Assembly: GCA_963663225.1 (NCBI GenBank)
Contig: OY760142.1
Span: 1,440,001-1,504,000, forward strand
Reading direction: 5' to 3'
Source of the DNA: Nitrospirota bacterium
Lineage (GTDB): Bacteria > Nitrospirota > UBA9217
DNA length: 64,000 nt
Positions within the stretch are counted from its first letter, which is position 1. Every line of letters begins with the position of its first letter. The notes under the pieces are model-generated. The model did not search any database. It was not told the DNA's origin and was given only the letters and a program-made list of their open reading frames with translations. A program made the position numbers and the translations under genes. Of this stretch, positions 24,855 through 36,060 are shown piece after piece.

Positions 24855-26441
24855 GTGAATAATACACAACCAACGATCATTCCCCGTTCTGCCCACACGC
24901 TTTCCCGTAAATGGATCAGCCCTAACGCACTCCGCGTACTCTACCGATTGAAGGAAGCCGGATACCTTGCCTATCTGGTGGGCGGAGGCGTGCGCGATTT
25001 GCTGCTTGGCCGTGAACCCAAGGACTTCGACATCGCAACGGACGCCACGCCGGGGGAGGTTAAAAAACTGTTCCGCAACTGCCGCCTCATCGGACGGCGT
25101 TTCCGCCTTGCCCATATTCACTTTCATAACGAGATCATTGAAGTTGCCACGTTTCGTGCTCAAATTGCCGCAACCGCAGACGCTGCCCAGGAGGCAACAG
25201 CGGCAGATTTCCCCCACGGTTGTTCCTCTGCCTCTGCTCCGGCATGCACAGCGGGCGGATCGTCAATTCAAACCGCCGACTCTCAAGCCAACCAGCCACA
25301 GCACAAGCCGGTTCTGCCCCGTGTGTTGAAGACCGAAGAAGGAATGATCCTGCGTGACAATGAATTTGGCTCACCGGAGGAAGATGCGCTCCGCCGGGAT
25401 TTTACGGTAAATGCCTTGTTCTACAATATTGCGGATTTTTCCGTGATTGATTACGTAAATGGAATGGGGGACCTTCAGAGTGGCGCGATCCGGGTCATCG
25501 GCGATCCGATGGTGCGTTTTACAGAGGACCCGGTGCGGATGGTGCGCGCGGTCCGTTTCGCCGCCATGCTTGGATTTGATATTGAGGAGACCACCTACCA
25601 CGCAATTGTACAGCTAAAGGAAAAAGTTTCCCTTGCCTCCCCCGCGCGTATGTATGAAGAGGTGCTGAAACTGTTTTTGCTCGGCGAAGGGGAAAAAACG
25701 TATCAATTGCTGAGGAAAACAGGCTTGTTCGGCGTGATTTTCCCCCTTTTGAATGAATGGGTGGATGCGGAATCGAACGGTTTTCCCCACACGTGGATCG
25801 GAAAAGTGCTCGATTGGGTGGATGCTGCCGTGCAGTCCGGGAAGCCGGTGTCGGCGACCTTTTTGTTTGCACTTCTGTTCGGCCAATGCATTGCAGAGAA
25901 GTCCGCCGAGTTACGAGAAGACGGCCTTGTTCGGCTTGATGCCGTCACCAAGGCAGTTCATGGGGCCCTTGCCGTACAGGCGCCGCGGGTGCAGATACCG
26001 AAAAAAACCGGACTTGCGATGCGTGACATCTACTGGAACCAGCAGCGTTTTGCGAAGCGGGAAGGAAAATATCCGCATTATTTTCTCCATCGGCCCGGAT
26101 TTGGCGATGCATATGAGTACCTGTGTTTTACGAGCGAAGCTTTGGGTGAACATAAAGATCTGTGCGCGTGGTGGAAGGCCTTCGCTCTGACCAATCCTCC
26201 AGCGCTTGCTCCGAACGAGCATAAGAAAAAACAGGTACAGGCCGGAAAGACCTCGTCTGCCAGGCGAAGGAAAAGACCGAGGAAACAGCACGGAGCGCAA
26301 AAACAGAAATCGGTGAAAACGTTGCCGGAGAAAAATGCAGGACCCGTAAGTATTGCGGGAACGCACATCGAAGAACCTATCGGAAACCGTAAAAGATCGA
26401 GTGATGCCGAGACAGCCCGTCCACCGGAGCAGGGGCATTAA
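24855..26441 (+). CDS. pcnB: Poly(A) polymerase I
   Basis: VGGGVRDLLLG..PKDFDIAT, PAP signature LIGRRFRLAHIHF, RRDFTVNAL, EDPVRM, Arg-rich tail. Start GTG 24855 preferred over the track start at 24786. Confidence 0.92.
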   Translation: MNNTQPTIIPRSAHTLSRKWISPNALRVLYRLKEAGYLAYLVGGGVRDLLLGREPKDFDIATDATPGEVKKLFRNCRLIGRRFRLAHIHFHNEIIEVATFRAQIAATADAAQEATAADFPHGCSSASAPACTAGGSSIQTADSQANQPQHKPVLPRVLKTEEGMILRDNEFGSPEEDALRRDFTVNALFYNIADFSVIDYVNGMGDLQSGAIRVIGDPMVRFTEDPVRMVRAVRFAAMLGFDIEETTYHAIVQLKEKVSLASPARMYEEVLKLFLLGEGEKTYQLLRKTGLFGVIFPLLNEWVDAESNGFPHTWIGKVLDWVDAAVQSGKPVSATFLFALLFGQCIAEKSAELREDGLVRLDAVTKAVHGALAVQAPRVQIPKKTGLAMRDIYWNQQRFAKREGKYPHYFLHRPGFGDAYEYLCFTSEALGEHKDLCAWWKAFALTNPPALAPNEHKKKQVQAGKTSSARRRKRPRKQHGAQKQKSVKTLPEKNAGPVSIAGTHIEEPIGNRKRSSDAETARPPEQGH

Positions 26442-26461
26442 CTATTCTGTGAGAAAATCAG

Positions 26462-27205
26462 ATGTCGAAACCTCCGCGCTATTTTGTAAAACCGGAACAG
26501 ATTTCCGGCACGACCATTCTTCTTTCTGATGAAGATGTGCGGCACATTGCCACTGTACTGCGCATGAAGCCCGGTGCGATATTGAGCCTGTGTGATGGCG
26601 TCGGTTCGGAATACACGGCAAAAATAATCGATATCGTTCGCACAAAAATTACCGCAGAAATTATCAGCACGTCCAAAGCAGCGTTGCCTGTCCCCTCCGT
26701 AACCCTGGCCCAGGGTTTGCCGAAATACGACAAAATGGATTGGATTGTACAAAAAACCACGGAACTTGGCGTCAGCCGGATTGTGCCGGTGGAAACTGAA
26801 CGGACAGTTGTTAAGTTAAAAGATCAGCAGAAACGCCTTGCACGGTGGCAGAAAATTTCCCGTGAGGCAGCCATGCAAAGCCGGAGAGCCAGCATCCCAA
26901 TCATTGCTCCGCTGGCTGGATTTGACGATTTTGTCGGAACTTCCGCTCACGCCGGACAATCTGTGCTGAAACTTCTCCCGTGGGAAGAAGGCGTACAGCC
27001 TATTCAAGAAGTTCTCCAATCGCATCCAGGCATACAGGATTGTATCGTTCTCATCGGCCCGGAAGGTGGATTTTCAGCGTCAGAGGCGGACCGGGCAACG
27101 GCCAGTGGTTTCCACCTGGTGAGCCTGGGGCCGAATATCCTTCGGACCGAGACAGCAGCCGTCGCTGCCGTGAGCATGCTTCTCTATCATTACCAATCCC
27201 GATAA
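26462..27205 (+). CDS. rsmE: 16S rRNA m3U1498 methyltransferase
   Basis: HIATVLR, QKTTELGV, EAAMQS, IGPEGGF, LGPNILRTETA. Confidence 0.95.
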   Translation: MSKPPRYFVKPEQISGTTILLSDEDVRHIATVLRMKPGAILSLCDGVGSEYTAKIIDIVRTKITAEIISTSKAALPVPSVTLAQGLPKYDKMDWIVQKTTELGVSRIVPVETERTVVKLKDQQKRLARWQKISREAAMQSRRASIPIIAPLAGFDDFVGTSAHAGQSVLKLLPWEEGVQPIQEVLQSHPGIQDCIVLIGPEGGFSASEADRATASGFHLVSLGPNILRTETAAVAAVSMLLYHYQSR

Positions 27206-27345
27206 TGGGTGGCCTGATCAGGAAGCGGCATATTCAGCGCACGCCATGTGTTCCTGAATTTATGTTGAGTTTTTTGCGAACAGGTATTTCCCTTGACACA
27301 AAAACAGGAGAGATGTTAATATCAACGGCTACGAAAGGCGGTTTC

Positions 27346-27798
27346 ATGAAGCTTGCTCTGGGCTCTGATCACGGCGGATGGGAATTAAAGGCCGAAATTA
27401 TAAATTTTCTCAAAACTTTCAAGGATATCGAGCTGAATGACTATGGTACGAACAACGGTGATTCCGTCGACTACCCTGACTTCGGCAAGAAGGTTGCCGA
27501 GGCAGTCTCCGGGGGCACGGTTGACCGGGGTATTCTGATCTGCGGCACCGGCATTGGCATGTCTATCGTCGCAAACAAATATCCCCGCGTGCGTGCCGCG
27601 CTCTGCCACGATCATTTCACAGCACTGATGAGCCGTCTCCACAATGATGCCAATATTCTGGTGCTCGGTGAGCGGGTACTTGGCAAGGGAGTGGCGCTCG
27701 ACATTGTAAAAACCTGGCTCGAAACGGGGTTTGAGGCAGGAAGGCATCAGATCCGTCTTGATAAAATACGGACACTTGAACAAACAGTAAAGGAATAG
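27346..27798 (+). CDS. rpiB: Ribose-5-phosphate isomerase B
   Basis: [31 protein letters not shown]; start at ATG 27346. Confidence 0.95.
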   Translation: MKLALGSDHGGWELKAEIINFLKTFKDIELNDYGTNNGDSVDYPDFGKKVAEAVSGGTVDRGILICGTGIGMSIVANKYPRVRAALCHDHFTALMSRLHNDANILVLGERVLGKGVALDIVKTWLETGFEAGRHQIRLDKIRTLEQTVKE

Positions 27799-27799
27799 A

Positions 27800-29059
27800 A
27801 TGGCCATGTCTGAACTGCGGGAAACAGATTTTGAAATATACAGTGCGATCAAGGGTGAGGAAGAGCGTGAGCTTTCCAAAATTGTCCTTATTGCTTCTGA
27901 GAATTATGTAAGCCGTGCGGTGCTTGAGGCGCAGGGGTCGGTCTTCACGAACAAGTACGCGGAAGGGTATCCTCACCGCCGCTACTATGGCGGATGCGAA
28001 TTCGCGGACAAGGCGGAGGAGCTTGCCATCGAACGCGCGAAAAAATTGTTCGGCGCCGAGCATGTAAATGTGCAGCCGCACGCCGGTTCGCAGGCCAATA
28101 TGGCCGTGTACTTCAGCGTGCTGAAGCCCGGCGACACGATCCTCGGAATGGGGCTTGCGCACGGTGGGCATCTGACGCACGGCGCACCGGTGAGTTTTTC
28201 CGGGTCGCTGTTTCACGCGGTCTCATACGGTGTGGACAAGGAAACGGAACTGCTCGACTACGACGAGGTGGAGAGGCTCGCGCTTGAACACAAGCCCAGG
28301 CTTATTGTCGCAGGCTTCAGCTCATATTCGAGAATACTTGATTTTGCCCGGTTTAGAAAAATTGCCGACAGGGTCGGTGCTTATCTGATGACGGATGTTG
28401 CTCACATAGCCGGTCTTATTGCTGCCGGCGAACATCCCAGTCCCATCCCCCATGCAGACTTTGTCACCACCACGACCCACAAGACCCTGCGCGGCCCCCG
28501 CGGCGGCATGATCATGTGCAAGGAAAAATTTGCGAAGGCCGTTGACAAGCAGATTTTCCCCGGACTTCAGGGCGGGCCGCTCATGCATGTGATTGCGGCC
28601 AAGGCGGTTGCATTCAAGGAGGCGCTCACGCCGGAGTTCAGAGAATACCAGCAGCAGATCATCAAGAACGCGAAAGCGCTTGCCAAACGGCTGACGGAGG
28701 AAGGGTTCCGCATCGTTTCCGGCGGGACAGAGAACCACCTCATGCTGGTTGATTTGACGCCCAAAAACATCACCGGAAAAGACGCGGAAGCGGCCCTTGA
28801 TGCCGCCGGGATCACGTGCAACAAGAACAGCATTCCCTTTGAGCAAAAACCGCCGATGATCACGAGCGGCATCCGTCTGGGAACGCCGATTGTGACCACA
28901 CGCGGCATGCGTGAGCCGGAGATGAAAATTGTCGGCGACCTGATCTGCGAAACCCTGAAAAATATGAATTCTCCGGAGAAGCTTGCCGCCATCAGAGCGC
29001 GGACAACCTCTTTCTGCAGCAAATTCCCGATGTTTGCTATAGAAAAAGCAGGCGTATAG
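27800..29059 (+). CDS. glyA: Serine hydroxymethyltransferase
   Basis: [39 protein letters not shown]. Confidence 0.98.
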   Translation: MAMSELRETDFEIYSAIKGEEERELSKIVLIASENYVSRAVLEAQGSVFTNKYAEGYPHRRYYGGCEFADKAEELAIERAKKLFGAEHVNVQPHAGSQANMAVYFSVLKPGDTILGMGLAHGGHLTHGAPVSFSGSLFHAVSYGVDKETELLDYDEVERLALEHKPRLIVAGFSSYSRILDFARFRKIADRVGAYLMTDVAHIAGLIAAGEHPSPIPHADFVTTTTHKTLRGPRGGMIMCKEKFAKAVDKQIFPGLQGGPLMHVIAAKAVAFKEALTPEFREYQQQIIKNAKALAKRLTEEGFRIVSGGTENHLMLVDLTPKNITGKDAEAALDAAGITCNKNSIPFEQKPPMITSGIRLGTPIVTTRGMREPEMKIVGDLICETLKNMNSPEKLAAIRARTTSFCSKFPMFAIEKAGV

Positions 29060-29113
29060 CGCACAGTACCTGACCATAAGACATCAGGCCCCTTAGAGCA
29101 GCGAGGTACGAAT

Positions 29114-29581
29114 ATGCCCCGTCCTTCCTGGGACGAATATTTCATGGAAATCGCCCACCTGGTAAAGAAGCGATCCACCTGCGTCCGCCGCCAGGTCGGA
29201 GCCGTGCTGGTAAAAGACAAGAATATTCTTGCCACCGGATACAACGGCGCGCCCTCCGGCATCCGGCATTGCCTGGACGTCGGTTGCCTGCGCGAGCAGA
29301 TGGGCATTCCCTCAGGTGAACGGCACGAGATATGCCGAGGCCTTCACGCTGAACAAAACGCCATTATTCAGGCGGCCAAGCATGGCACGGGCATTGAAGG
29401 TTCGACGCTCTATTGCACGAACCAGCCCTGCGGCATCTGCGCCAAAATGATTATCAACGCGGGGGTCGACCGCATCATTTTTGAAGAAGGCTATCCCGAC
29501 CAGTTGGCCGCCGAAATGCTGAAGGAATCAGGCATCACGATAGTGCACTACAGGAAAAATCACGACAAAGAAAACGGCTGA
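29114..29581 (+). CDS. dCMP deaminase family protein (ComEB-like)
   Basis: [25 protein letters not shown]. Confidence 0.92.
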   Translation: MPRPSWDEYFMEIAHLVKKRSTCVRRQVGAVLVKDKNILATGYNGAPSGIRHCLDVGCLREQMGIPSGERHEICRGLHAEQNAIIQAAKHGTGIEGSTLYCTNQPCGICAKMIINAGVDRIIFEEGYPDQLAAEMLKESGITIVHYRKNHDKENG

Positions 29582-29619
29582 ACCGATTTCCGGCGTTTCG
29601 TTCTTGATGCAGGAGTTGT

Positions 29620-30162
29620 ATGCGCTGTCCTTATTGTTCCAGTCTCGATAATAAAGTCGTGGACTCCCGCATGGGCAAGGAAGGTGAATCCATCCGCAGG
29701 CGGCGTGAATGCCTGAAATGCGGAGGGCGGTTTACCACCTATGAACGCGTTGAAGAGATGCTGCCGTCGGTCATCAAGAAGGACGGCAGGCGGGAACCCT
29801 TCGACCGGAGCAAGATACTGAGCGGGCTCAAAAAGGCCTGCGAAAAACGGCCCATCAGCATGGAGGTCCTTGAACAGACTGCGGACGCAATCGAGAAGGC
29901 GCTCCAGGAAAAAGGGCTGAAAGAAGTTCCGAGCACGCTCATCGGGGAACAGGTCATGGAGCATCTCCACAAGCTCGACGAGGTCGCGTACGTCAGGTTT
30001 GCCTCGGTCTACCGGTCGTTTAAGGACATCAACGAGTTTATGAGCGAACTCAAAGACATCCTGAACAACAAGGAAATTGCGCCGAAAGAAGGGCCGGTTG
30101 AAAAAACCGGCAAGGCGGAAACCAAAAAACCTGAAAAATTGTCCCTCCCGCTTGATTCTTAA
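29620..30162 (+). CDS. nrdR: Transcriptional repressor NrdR
   Basis: [27 protein letters not shown]-cone, AYVRFASVY. Confidence 0.97.
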   Translation: MRCPYCSSLDNKVVDSRMGKEGESIRRRRECLKCGGRFTTYERVEEMLPSVIKKDGRREPFDRSKILSGLKKACEKRPISMEVLEQTADAIEKALQEKGLKEVPSTLIGEQVMEHLHKLDEVAYVRFASVYRSFKDINEFMSELKDILNNKEIAPKEGPVEKTGKAETKKPEKLSLPLDS

Positions 30163-30179
30163 TCAAGGCACCCTTGCCA

Positions 30180-32351
30180 ATGTCCGACCTCGTTGTTGAT
30201 ATAGCCGTAGGCGTCTCCGTCAATAAAACCTTTCACTACCTCGCGTCAGAACCTGTAGCCAGTCGACTTGCACCGGGTTCCCGCGTCCTTGTGCCGTTTG
30301 GAAGCAGGCGTCTCATCGGCACCGTTGTAGGTTTTCCGCAGACTGCCGAGAAATCAGACCTCAAAAACGTAATCGAAATCGCCGAAGCCCCGATTCCTGC
30401 CGATCTTCTCACCCTGGCGCAGTGGATGGCCGATTATTACCTGTATCCGCTTGGACAGACGATCGAAACCATTGTGCCCAAAGCCCTCTCGCGGACGAAG
30501 CCGAAGAAGGAGGTATTCATCCGCTTGCTCGCTGATCCCGCTTCTCTTCAACTCAAAGGAAAGAAACAGACAGAGCTGGTGGCAATTCTTTCCGAACGGG
30601 GAAAGGTGCTACGCGATGATCTTGACAATATTCCGGCGCAAACGATAAAGGCCCTCCACAACGCCGGCGTTATCGAGATTACCGAGCGAAACACGGCAGC
30701 GGCGCAGGCAGCAGACAGTGTTTCACCGGGCAATCCGCCGCCGCTCATGCCCGAGCAGGCAGAAGCCGTGCGAAAAATCAGCGAGGCCATATGCAACGAG
30801 GACTTTGGGACATTTCTTCTGCATGGCGTAACCGGGAGTGGAAAGACCGAGGTATATCTTCACGCTATCGCGAAAATTGCAGGGACCGGGAAAGGCTCAA
30901 TTGTGCTGGTGCCGGAAATTGCACTGACCCCGCAGCTGGTCAACAGGTTCAAACAGCGGTTCGGCAACCGTACGGCTGTCCTGCACAGCGGGCTCACGGA
31001 CCGCGAACGTGCCGACGAATACCGCAGAATTCTGTGCGGCAGTGTGGATGTCGTGATCGGCGCTAGGTCCGCCGTATTCGCGCCGTTTGACAAGATAGGG
31101 ATCATTATTGTCGATGAGGAGCACGAGAACTCCTACAAGCAGGATGAAGGCCTCCGGTATCATGCCCGGGACGTGGCCGTCATGCGCGCGAAACTGCAGA
31201 ATGCCGTTGCCGTGCTTGGTTCCGCCACTCCCTCGCTCGAAAGCTATTACAACGCAAAAAACGGCAAGTACACGTATTTGCACCTCCCGAACCGAGTTGA
31301 CCACCGGCCCATGCCCGAAGTGACCGTGGTAGACGCAAAAACACTGCAACCCGCCTCGCTGTATTCCCCGCTTCTTATTGAGCACATCAGGCAGCGGCTC
31401 GCAAACAACGAGCAAACGCTTCTTCTTCTGAACCGCAGAGGATTTTCGTCCGTGCTCATCTGCCGGGATTGCGGCACCGCCGTCAAGTGTCCCGGCTGCA
31501 GCGTCTCACTCACGTATCACAAGTCAGAGCAAAAACTGAAGTGCCACTACTGCGGTTTTCACACCCGTCCTCCGGACAAATGCCCTGTTTGCTTCAGCAT
31601 CGAGATGAAACTTGTCGGTTCAGGCACGCAGAAGATAGAGGAAGAACTGCAGACGCTCTTCCCCGAAGCGCGGCTGCGCAGAATGGACAGCGACACTGTA
31701 AAGGGCAGAAATGCCTATGATTCCCTGCTGCAGCAGGTCGACCGCCGGGAGATCGACATTCTGCTCGGGACGCAGATGATAGCCAAGGGCCACGACTTCC
31801 CCGCGGTGACGCTGGTGGGCGTGGTGGACGCGGACACAGGACTGAATCTGCCGGACCTGCGGGCCGCGGAAAAAACCTTTCAGCTGATCACGCAGGCGGC
31901 AGGCAGGGCGGGACGGGGCGAACTGGGCGGCGGAGTGATTATCCAGACCATGAATCCGGGCCATTACTCGATCCGGCACAGCAGGACCCATGATTATGAA
32001 GGGTTCTACAACGAGGAAATCGCTTACCGGGCCGAGCTTCGCTATCCTCCCTTTACCCGCATCATCAAACTTGAAATCAAAAGCGCGCAGGAATCATGCG
32101 CGGCCGGGGCGGCCAAAACGGCCCATGACCGGATCCGCAGCCGTATGCGCGGCAAGGATGTCATGCTTCTCGGTCCGGCGCCCGCGCCGATATCACGTGT
32201 CCGTGGACAATACCGGTTTCATCTGCTGCTTCTTTCCGAGCATCGGGAAAAAATAAGAGCGCTTGCTGTTGAAGGCAAAAAAGCTGTAGAGGAAAGTAAT
32301 GGCCGGAAGTGCAGAGTGCTGATGGATGTGGATCCGGTGAATCTGATGTAA
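30180..32351 (+). CDS. priA: Primosomal protein N'
   Basis: GVTGSGKTEVY, DEEHE, SATPS, LNRRG, Cys-rich region, GTQMIAKGHDF, QAAGRAGR. Confidence 0.97.
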   Translation: MSDLVVDIAVGVSVNKTFHYLASEPVASRLAPGSRVLVPFGSRRLIGTVVGFPQTAEKSDLKNVIEIAEAPIPADLLTLAQWMADYYLYPLGQTIETIVPKALSRTKPKKEVFIRLLADPASLQLKGKKQTELVAILSERGKVLRDDLDNIPAQTIKALHNAGVIEITERNTAAAQAADSVSPGNPPPLMPEQAEAVRKISEAICNEDFGTFLLHGVTGSGKTEVYLHAIAKIAGTGKGSIVLVPEIALTPQLVNRFKQRFGNRTAVLHSGLTDRERADEYRRILCGSVDVVIGARSAVFAPFDKIGIIIVDEEHENSYKQDEGLRYHARDVAVMRAKLQNAVAVLGSATPSLESYYNAKNGKYTYLHLPNRVDHRPMPEVTVVDAKTLQPASLYSPLLIEHIRQRLANNEQTLLLLNRRGFSSVLICRDCGTAVKCPGCSVSLTYHKSEQKLKCHYCGFHTRPPDKCPVCFSIEMKLVGSGTQKIEEELQTLFPEARLRRMDSDTVKGRNAYDSLLQQVDRREIDILLGTQMIAKGHDFPAVTLVGVVDADTGLNLPDLRAAEKTFQLITQAAGRAGRGELGGGVIIQTMNPGHYSIRHSRTHDYEGFYNEEIAYRAELRYPPFTRIIKLEIKSAQESCAAGAAKTAHDRIRSRMRGKDVMLLGPAPAPISRVRGQYRFHLLLLSEHREKIRALAVEGKKAVEESNGRKCRVLMDVDPVNLM

Positions 32352-32641
32352 ATTGTTTCACTCCTTTTCCCCGCCTTATCCAAATGCAGTATCCAACTCT
32401 TTAAACCCTTTACAATACGTGCCCGAATATAGTATTCTTATTCGTAGGAATATTAATCAGAAGATAAAAGGATGGCTGTCTCAGATTCGGCATAGATGTC
32501 TCGCAAATGTTAAAGTCCTCGATGCCGAGATTGAAAACTGACATTGGACTGACAGCGTTGGATCCTTCCTGAAATATGCACTGACATGCTGATAAGTCAG
32601 GGAGTAATTTTCAGCTAGAATTCTTGATAAGAGAAAATATT

Positions 32642-33253
32642 ATGTTTTGCCCGAAATGCAGAACTGAATATAGAAAAGGTTTTTATATTTGTGCTGACTG
32701 CGGTGTAACGTTAGTGCCAGAATTACCGCCAGAGGAACAAGATCAACCAGTGCCTGAATATGTGAGCAAGGCCGAAGAAAAATTAGGCTTAAAGTTATTA
32801 GCAGAAGCGCCAAGTAATACAATTCTGCTTAAAACGACTAACGATAGTATGGAAGCCATTACAATAGCTGGTTTACTCGATGTAAATGGTATTGCGTCGT
32901 ATACGATATCTAAAGGACCTTCTTCGGATATCGGAAGGTTAGATTGGTCATTACTCACATATAATATATTTGTAGATGATAATTTATTCAATCAAGCACA
33001 AAAAATTATTAATTCTCAAGATACCAATACAGACGTAGATCGTGAATGGATGCTATATAAGCAAAAAGAAGAAAAAAAAGAGGCATTTTGGGGTCGTACA
33101 ACCGGTTTGATCATAGCTATATTTTTTTACACACTTTCTCTTTTGCCAATGAAAGAATCCGATGCAACCATGAGGCATATATTAGAAGGTGCCTCAATAT
33201 GTTTCGTTTTACTCGTGTTAATCTCATGCTATCGAGGCAAGAAAAGTAAATAA
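32642..33253 (+). CDS. Zn-ribbon / DUF2007-like membrane protein (AT-rich islet)
   Basis: MFCPKCRTEY...CADCGV.LV, EAITIAGLLDVNGI, two C-terminal TMs. Confidence 0.7.
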   Translation: MFCPKCRTEYRKGFYICADCGVTLVPELPPEEQDQPVPEYVSKAEEKLGLKLLAEAPSNTILLKTTNDSMEAITIAGLLDVNGIASYTISKGPSSDIGRLDWSLLTYNIFVDDNLFNQAQKIINSQDTNTDVDREWMLYKQKEEKKEAFWGRTTGLIIAIFFYTLSLLPMKESDATMRHILEGASICFVLLVLISCYRGKKSK

Positions 33254-33376
33254 ACTACTTCCTGAACTAGTGATGTTTGGATTCTGACGAAAAGTGCATA
33301 GTTCTAATGGAATGTGTGACCCAGTATAGATTGTACCCATCGCGAAAGTCATATATTACAGCAAGGAGAATTCAAT

Positions 33377-34027
33377 ATGTCAAATGACTCTCTTCCATTT
33401 GGGAAAATACAAATATTAACTCTTGTGTTGACATTAATAATTTCGCTGCAATTAGTGGGTTGCGGCATAGTTGGGTATTCGACATTTAAGATGGAAGAAT
33501 GGAACATGCCTCAACAGCCGGCCAATTTCGAAAAGACAGAGATATCGTTATATGGTAAAAATCAGGAAGTGGAGGGCTATTATGTTGAAGCATCACATTT
33601 TGAACCATACTTTGGGCTCACTAAAGTGCTTCGAGAGCGGTTCAAAATTGCTGACGTATTCTCAGAAAGTCAAAATAGATTTCTGATTAAAATAGAAGAA
33701 TCTATTGAGGGCCGGCGACAAAATAAACCTACAGTATGGGAATTAATACATATCTACACATTTAATGTCATACCATATATATGGACGGATAAGCGCTCTA
33801 TCACATATACTATTACAGCGCCCAATAACGAAATAAAATCGTTTACGCATAGCTATGTCGTGCAAAATTATAGTTGGTTCCCCTTTCTATTTTTCAATCC
33901 TGGCTTTGAGACTGGCCTTTATGGAGAGATGCATAATTACTATCAAAAGGACCGGGTCAAAATATATGAAGTGTTTGCTACTCGTTTTTTAACTGAATCA
34001 GCACTATTTATTGTATCTCACCGATAG
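33377..34027 (+). CDS. Putative lipoprotein (AT-rich islet)
   Basis: AGGAG RBS; hydrophobic leader ending LVGC. Confidence 0.65.
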   Translation: MSNDSLPFGKIQILTLVLTLIISLQLVGCGIVGYSTFKMEEWNMPQQPANFEKTEISLYGKNQEVEGYYVEASHFEPYFGLTKVLRERFKIADVFSESQNRFLIKIEESIEGRRQNKPTVWELIHIYTFNVIPYIWTDKRSITYTITAPNNEIKSFTHSYVVQNYSWFPFLFFNPGFETGLYGEMHNYYQKDRVKIYEVFATRFLTESALFIVSHR

Positions 34028-34061
34028 ATATTTTTGCCAACTCATACTGGAGGCATGTAAC

Positions 34062-34724
34062 GTGAGCAATCCGAATCGTTATCTATGGTGCATGTTATTT
34101 ATTTCGATATTTTATGTGTCAAGCTGTGGATATAGCAGAATAATTAAGCCAGAAACTCAACCCCTATCTGCCAACCTGGCAAACACTCATAGCGTAAATA
34201 AGCTTAAATTTTCTTATATTATTTATGACATTTATCTAGGCGGGAAAATTTCTGATCGTCCCGCAGAGAAAGCCCTGCTTGATAGTTTTGCAACATTTGG
34301 AATAATCGATGTTACTAGATCAGATAATGCAATGCAAGATCACACGAATATTTTTGTATATGTTTACAGGCCTATAACAGAAAGCAAAACAGGTTACATC
34401 GAGCCATGGTTGAGTTTACTTTATATAGGGACATTAGGTGTTGTTCCGGTTTATGACGTAAGAATTTATCCGGTTGAAATTCATTTGATAACACAACGAA
34501 GAGGGCGTGATAAACAAATTCAGATTATTAATACAGAATACGTAATAGAAAGTCAAGATTGGCTACCCTACGTTTTTATGCCCAAAGACGAAACACTACG
34601 AAACAGGCATGCTTTGTATGATAAATTTCGTGCTAGGAATGAAGGCGATTACTTAGCTTATTTAGGCTTTAGACGTATATATGAGCGCGTTATATCGGAG
34701 TCGCTAAAGGATTTGTTACAGTGA
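34062..34724 (+). CDS. Putative lipoprotein (AT-rich islet)
   Basis: GGAGG RBS before GTG 34062; leader ending VSSC; TLGVVP motif. Confidence 0.65.
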   Translation: MSNPNRYLWCMLFISIFYVSSCGYSRIIKPETQPLSANLANTHSVNKLKFSYIIYDIYLGGKISDRPAEKALLDSFATFGIIDVTRSDNAMQDHTNIFVYVYRPITESKTGYIEPWLSLLYIGTLGVVPVYDVRIYPVEIHLITQRRGRDKQIQIINTEYVIESQDWLPYVFMPKDETLRNRHALYDKFRARNEGDYLAYLGFRRIYERVISESLKDLLQ

Positions 34725-34969
34725 GAACCTCAGCCAGCGCCGGCAGCCGGTGTACCTGCATACACGCAGACATTTTCATTATTAAACGGTGTGAAATTAT
34801 TTTGTATAGTACAGTGCAGGTCGCATAAATGTCCATGTTTCAAACGGCATTTCACAGCTTTTTCGCAGCACCGCTTGTGCATGATTGTAGGTGAATTATG
34901 CAAACCCTATGCTCACTGATTTAACAGTATCCCGCTCCCTTTCTTATGCCTCTAATCCAATAATTGCAA

Positions 34970-35893
34970 CTATATGCCCTCCGATTTTTTGTGCTTAAGA
35001 AACGTTCCTCTTTGATATTCTTCAAATGCCAACTCCAATTCTTCATCGGTGTTCATCACGATTGGGCCATACCATGCCACAGGTTCACCGATGGGCTTGC
35101 CGGAAACAAGCAGGAACCGCACGGGCTCGCCCTGCGTTGAGATGGTCACCTGGTCTCCGTCGCTGAATAGCGCCGCGGTCCCATTATGGATGTACTGATC
35201 TCGTTTCATGTCGAAATAATTCTCACCGAGAGCACCATAAGCAAAAGGATTTTTTTCGTTGCAGAAAACGCCTTTCCCGCCGATTACGTAAGCAAAGACG
35301 GTATGGCCTCGCGGGGTCTTATGGACGAATTCGGAATGTGCCGGAAGGGAAACATCGAGATATTCAGGTTCTATGACAATGTCCCTGACCGGCCCCTGTT
35401 GTCCTTCCACGCTTCCGCAGATGACTTTGATTTTCGCGCCGCTTTTTGTCGTGACCTCCGGCACCTGAGAGCTTTTGATATCACGGTATCGGGGCGTCAT
35501 CATCTTATGAGCCCTGGGAAGATTTGCCCAGAGCTGAAAGCCTTCCATGATGCCGTTGTCATCTCCTTGCGGCATTTCCTGATGGATGATGCCGCTTCCC
35601 GCGGTCATCCACTGCATATCGCCCGACGAGATGATGCCTTTGTTGCCCATGCTGTCTCCGTGCTCTACGTCACCTTTGAGCACATACGTAATCGTCTCGA
35701 TGCCGCGATGAGGGTGCCAGGGGAAGCCCTTGATGTATTGATAAGGATCGGTATTGCGAAAATCGTCCAGCAGGAGGAACGGATCGAAGAGCGGGACCTC
35801 GCTGTTTCCGAAAACCCTCCGGAGATGTACTCCCGCCCCTTCCATTGTGGGTTTGCTTTTGAACACTTTTTTGATTCTTCTGTTGGTCATCAT
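34970..35893 (-). CDS. Pirin family protein
   Basis: EGAGV, DPFLLLD, HPHRGIETITY, WMTAGSGIIHQE, QLWANLP, YGPIVMNT. Confidence 0.95.
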   Translation of the reverse strand: MMTNRRIKKVFKSKPTMEGAGVHLRRVFGNSEVPLFDPFLLLDDFRNTDPYQYIKGFPWHPHRGIETITYVLKGDVEHGDSMGNKGIISSGDMQWMTAGSGIIHQEMPQGDDNGIMEGFQLWANLPRAHKMMTPRYRDIKSSQVPEVTTKSGAKIKVICGSVEGQQGPVRDIVIEPEYLDVSLPAHSEFVHKTPRGHTVFAYVIGGKGVFCNEKNPFAYGALGENYFDMKRDQYIHNGTAALFSDGDQVTISTQGEPVRFLLVSGKPIGEPVAWYGPIVMNTDEELELAFEEYQRGTFLKHKKSEGI

Positions 35894-36060
35894 GATCTGG
35901 AGTCCTCCCTGCTCAAACTTATTCTTTAAATGGTGATCTATTACGCATTATTAGTATAACAGCTTTTTCTCAAGAGGCCGGTCATTCCATCGTTCTGCAT
36001 TCATTGCCTGCTGATTGAATCATCTTGCATCCGGCTTCATAAATCGTGTATCATTGCGGC

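Noticed and set aside
32400-34960. Integron cassette array (co-oriented AT-rich genes; a faint attC-like stretch near 34728)
   Set aside because: No RYYYAAC...GTTRRRY pair with internal palindrome and no intI gene found.
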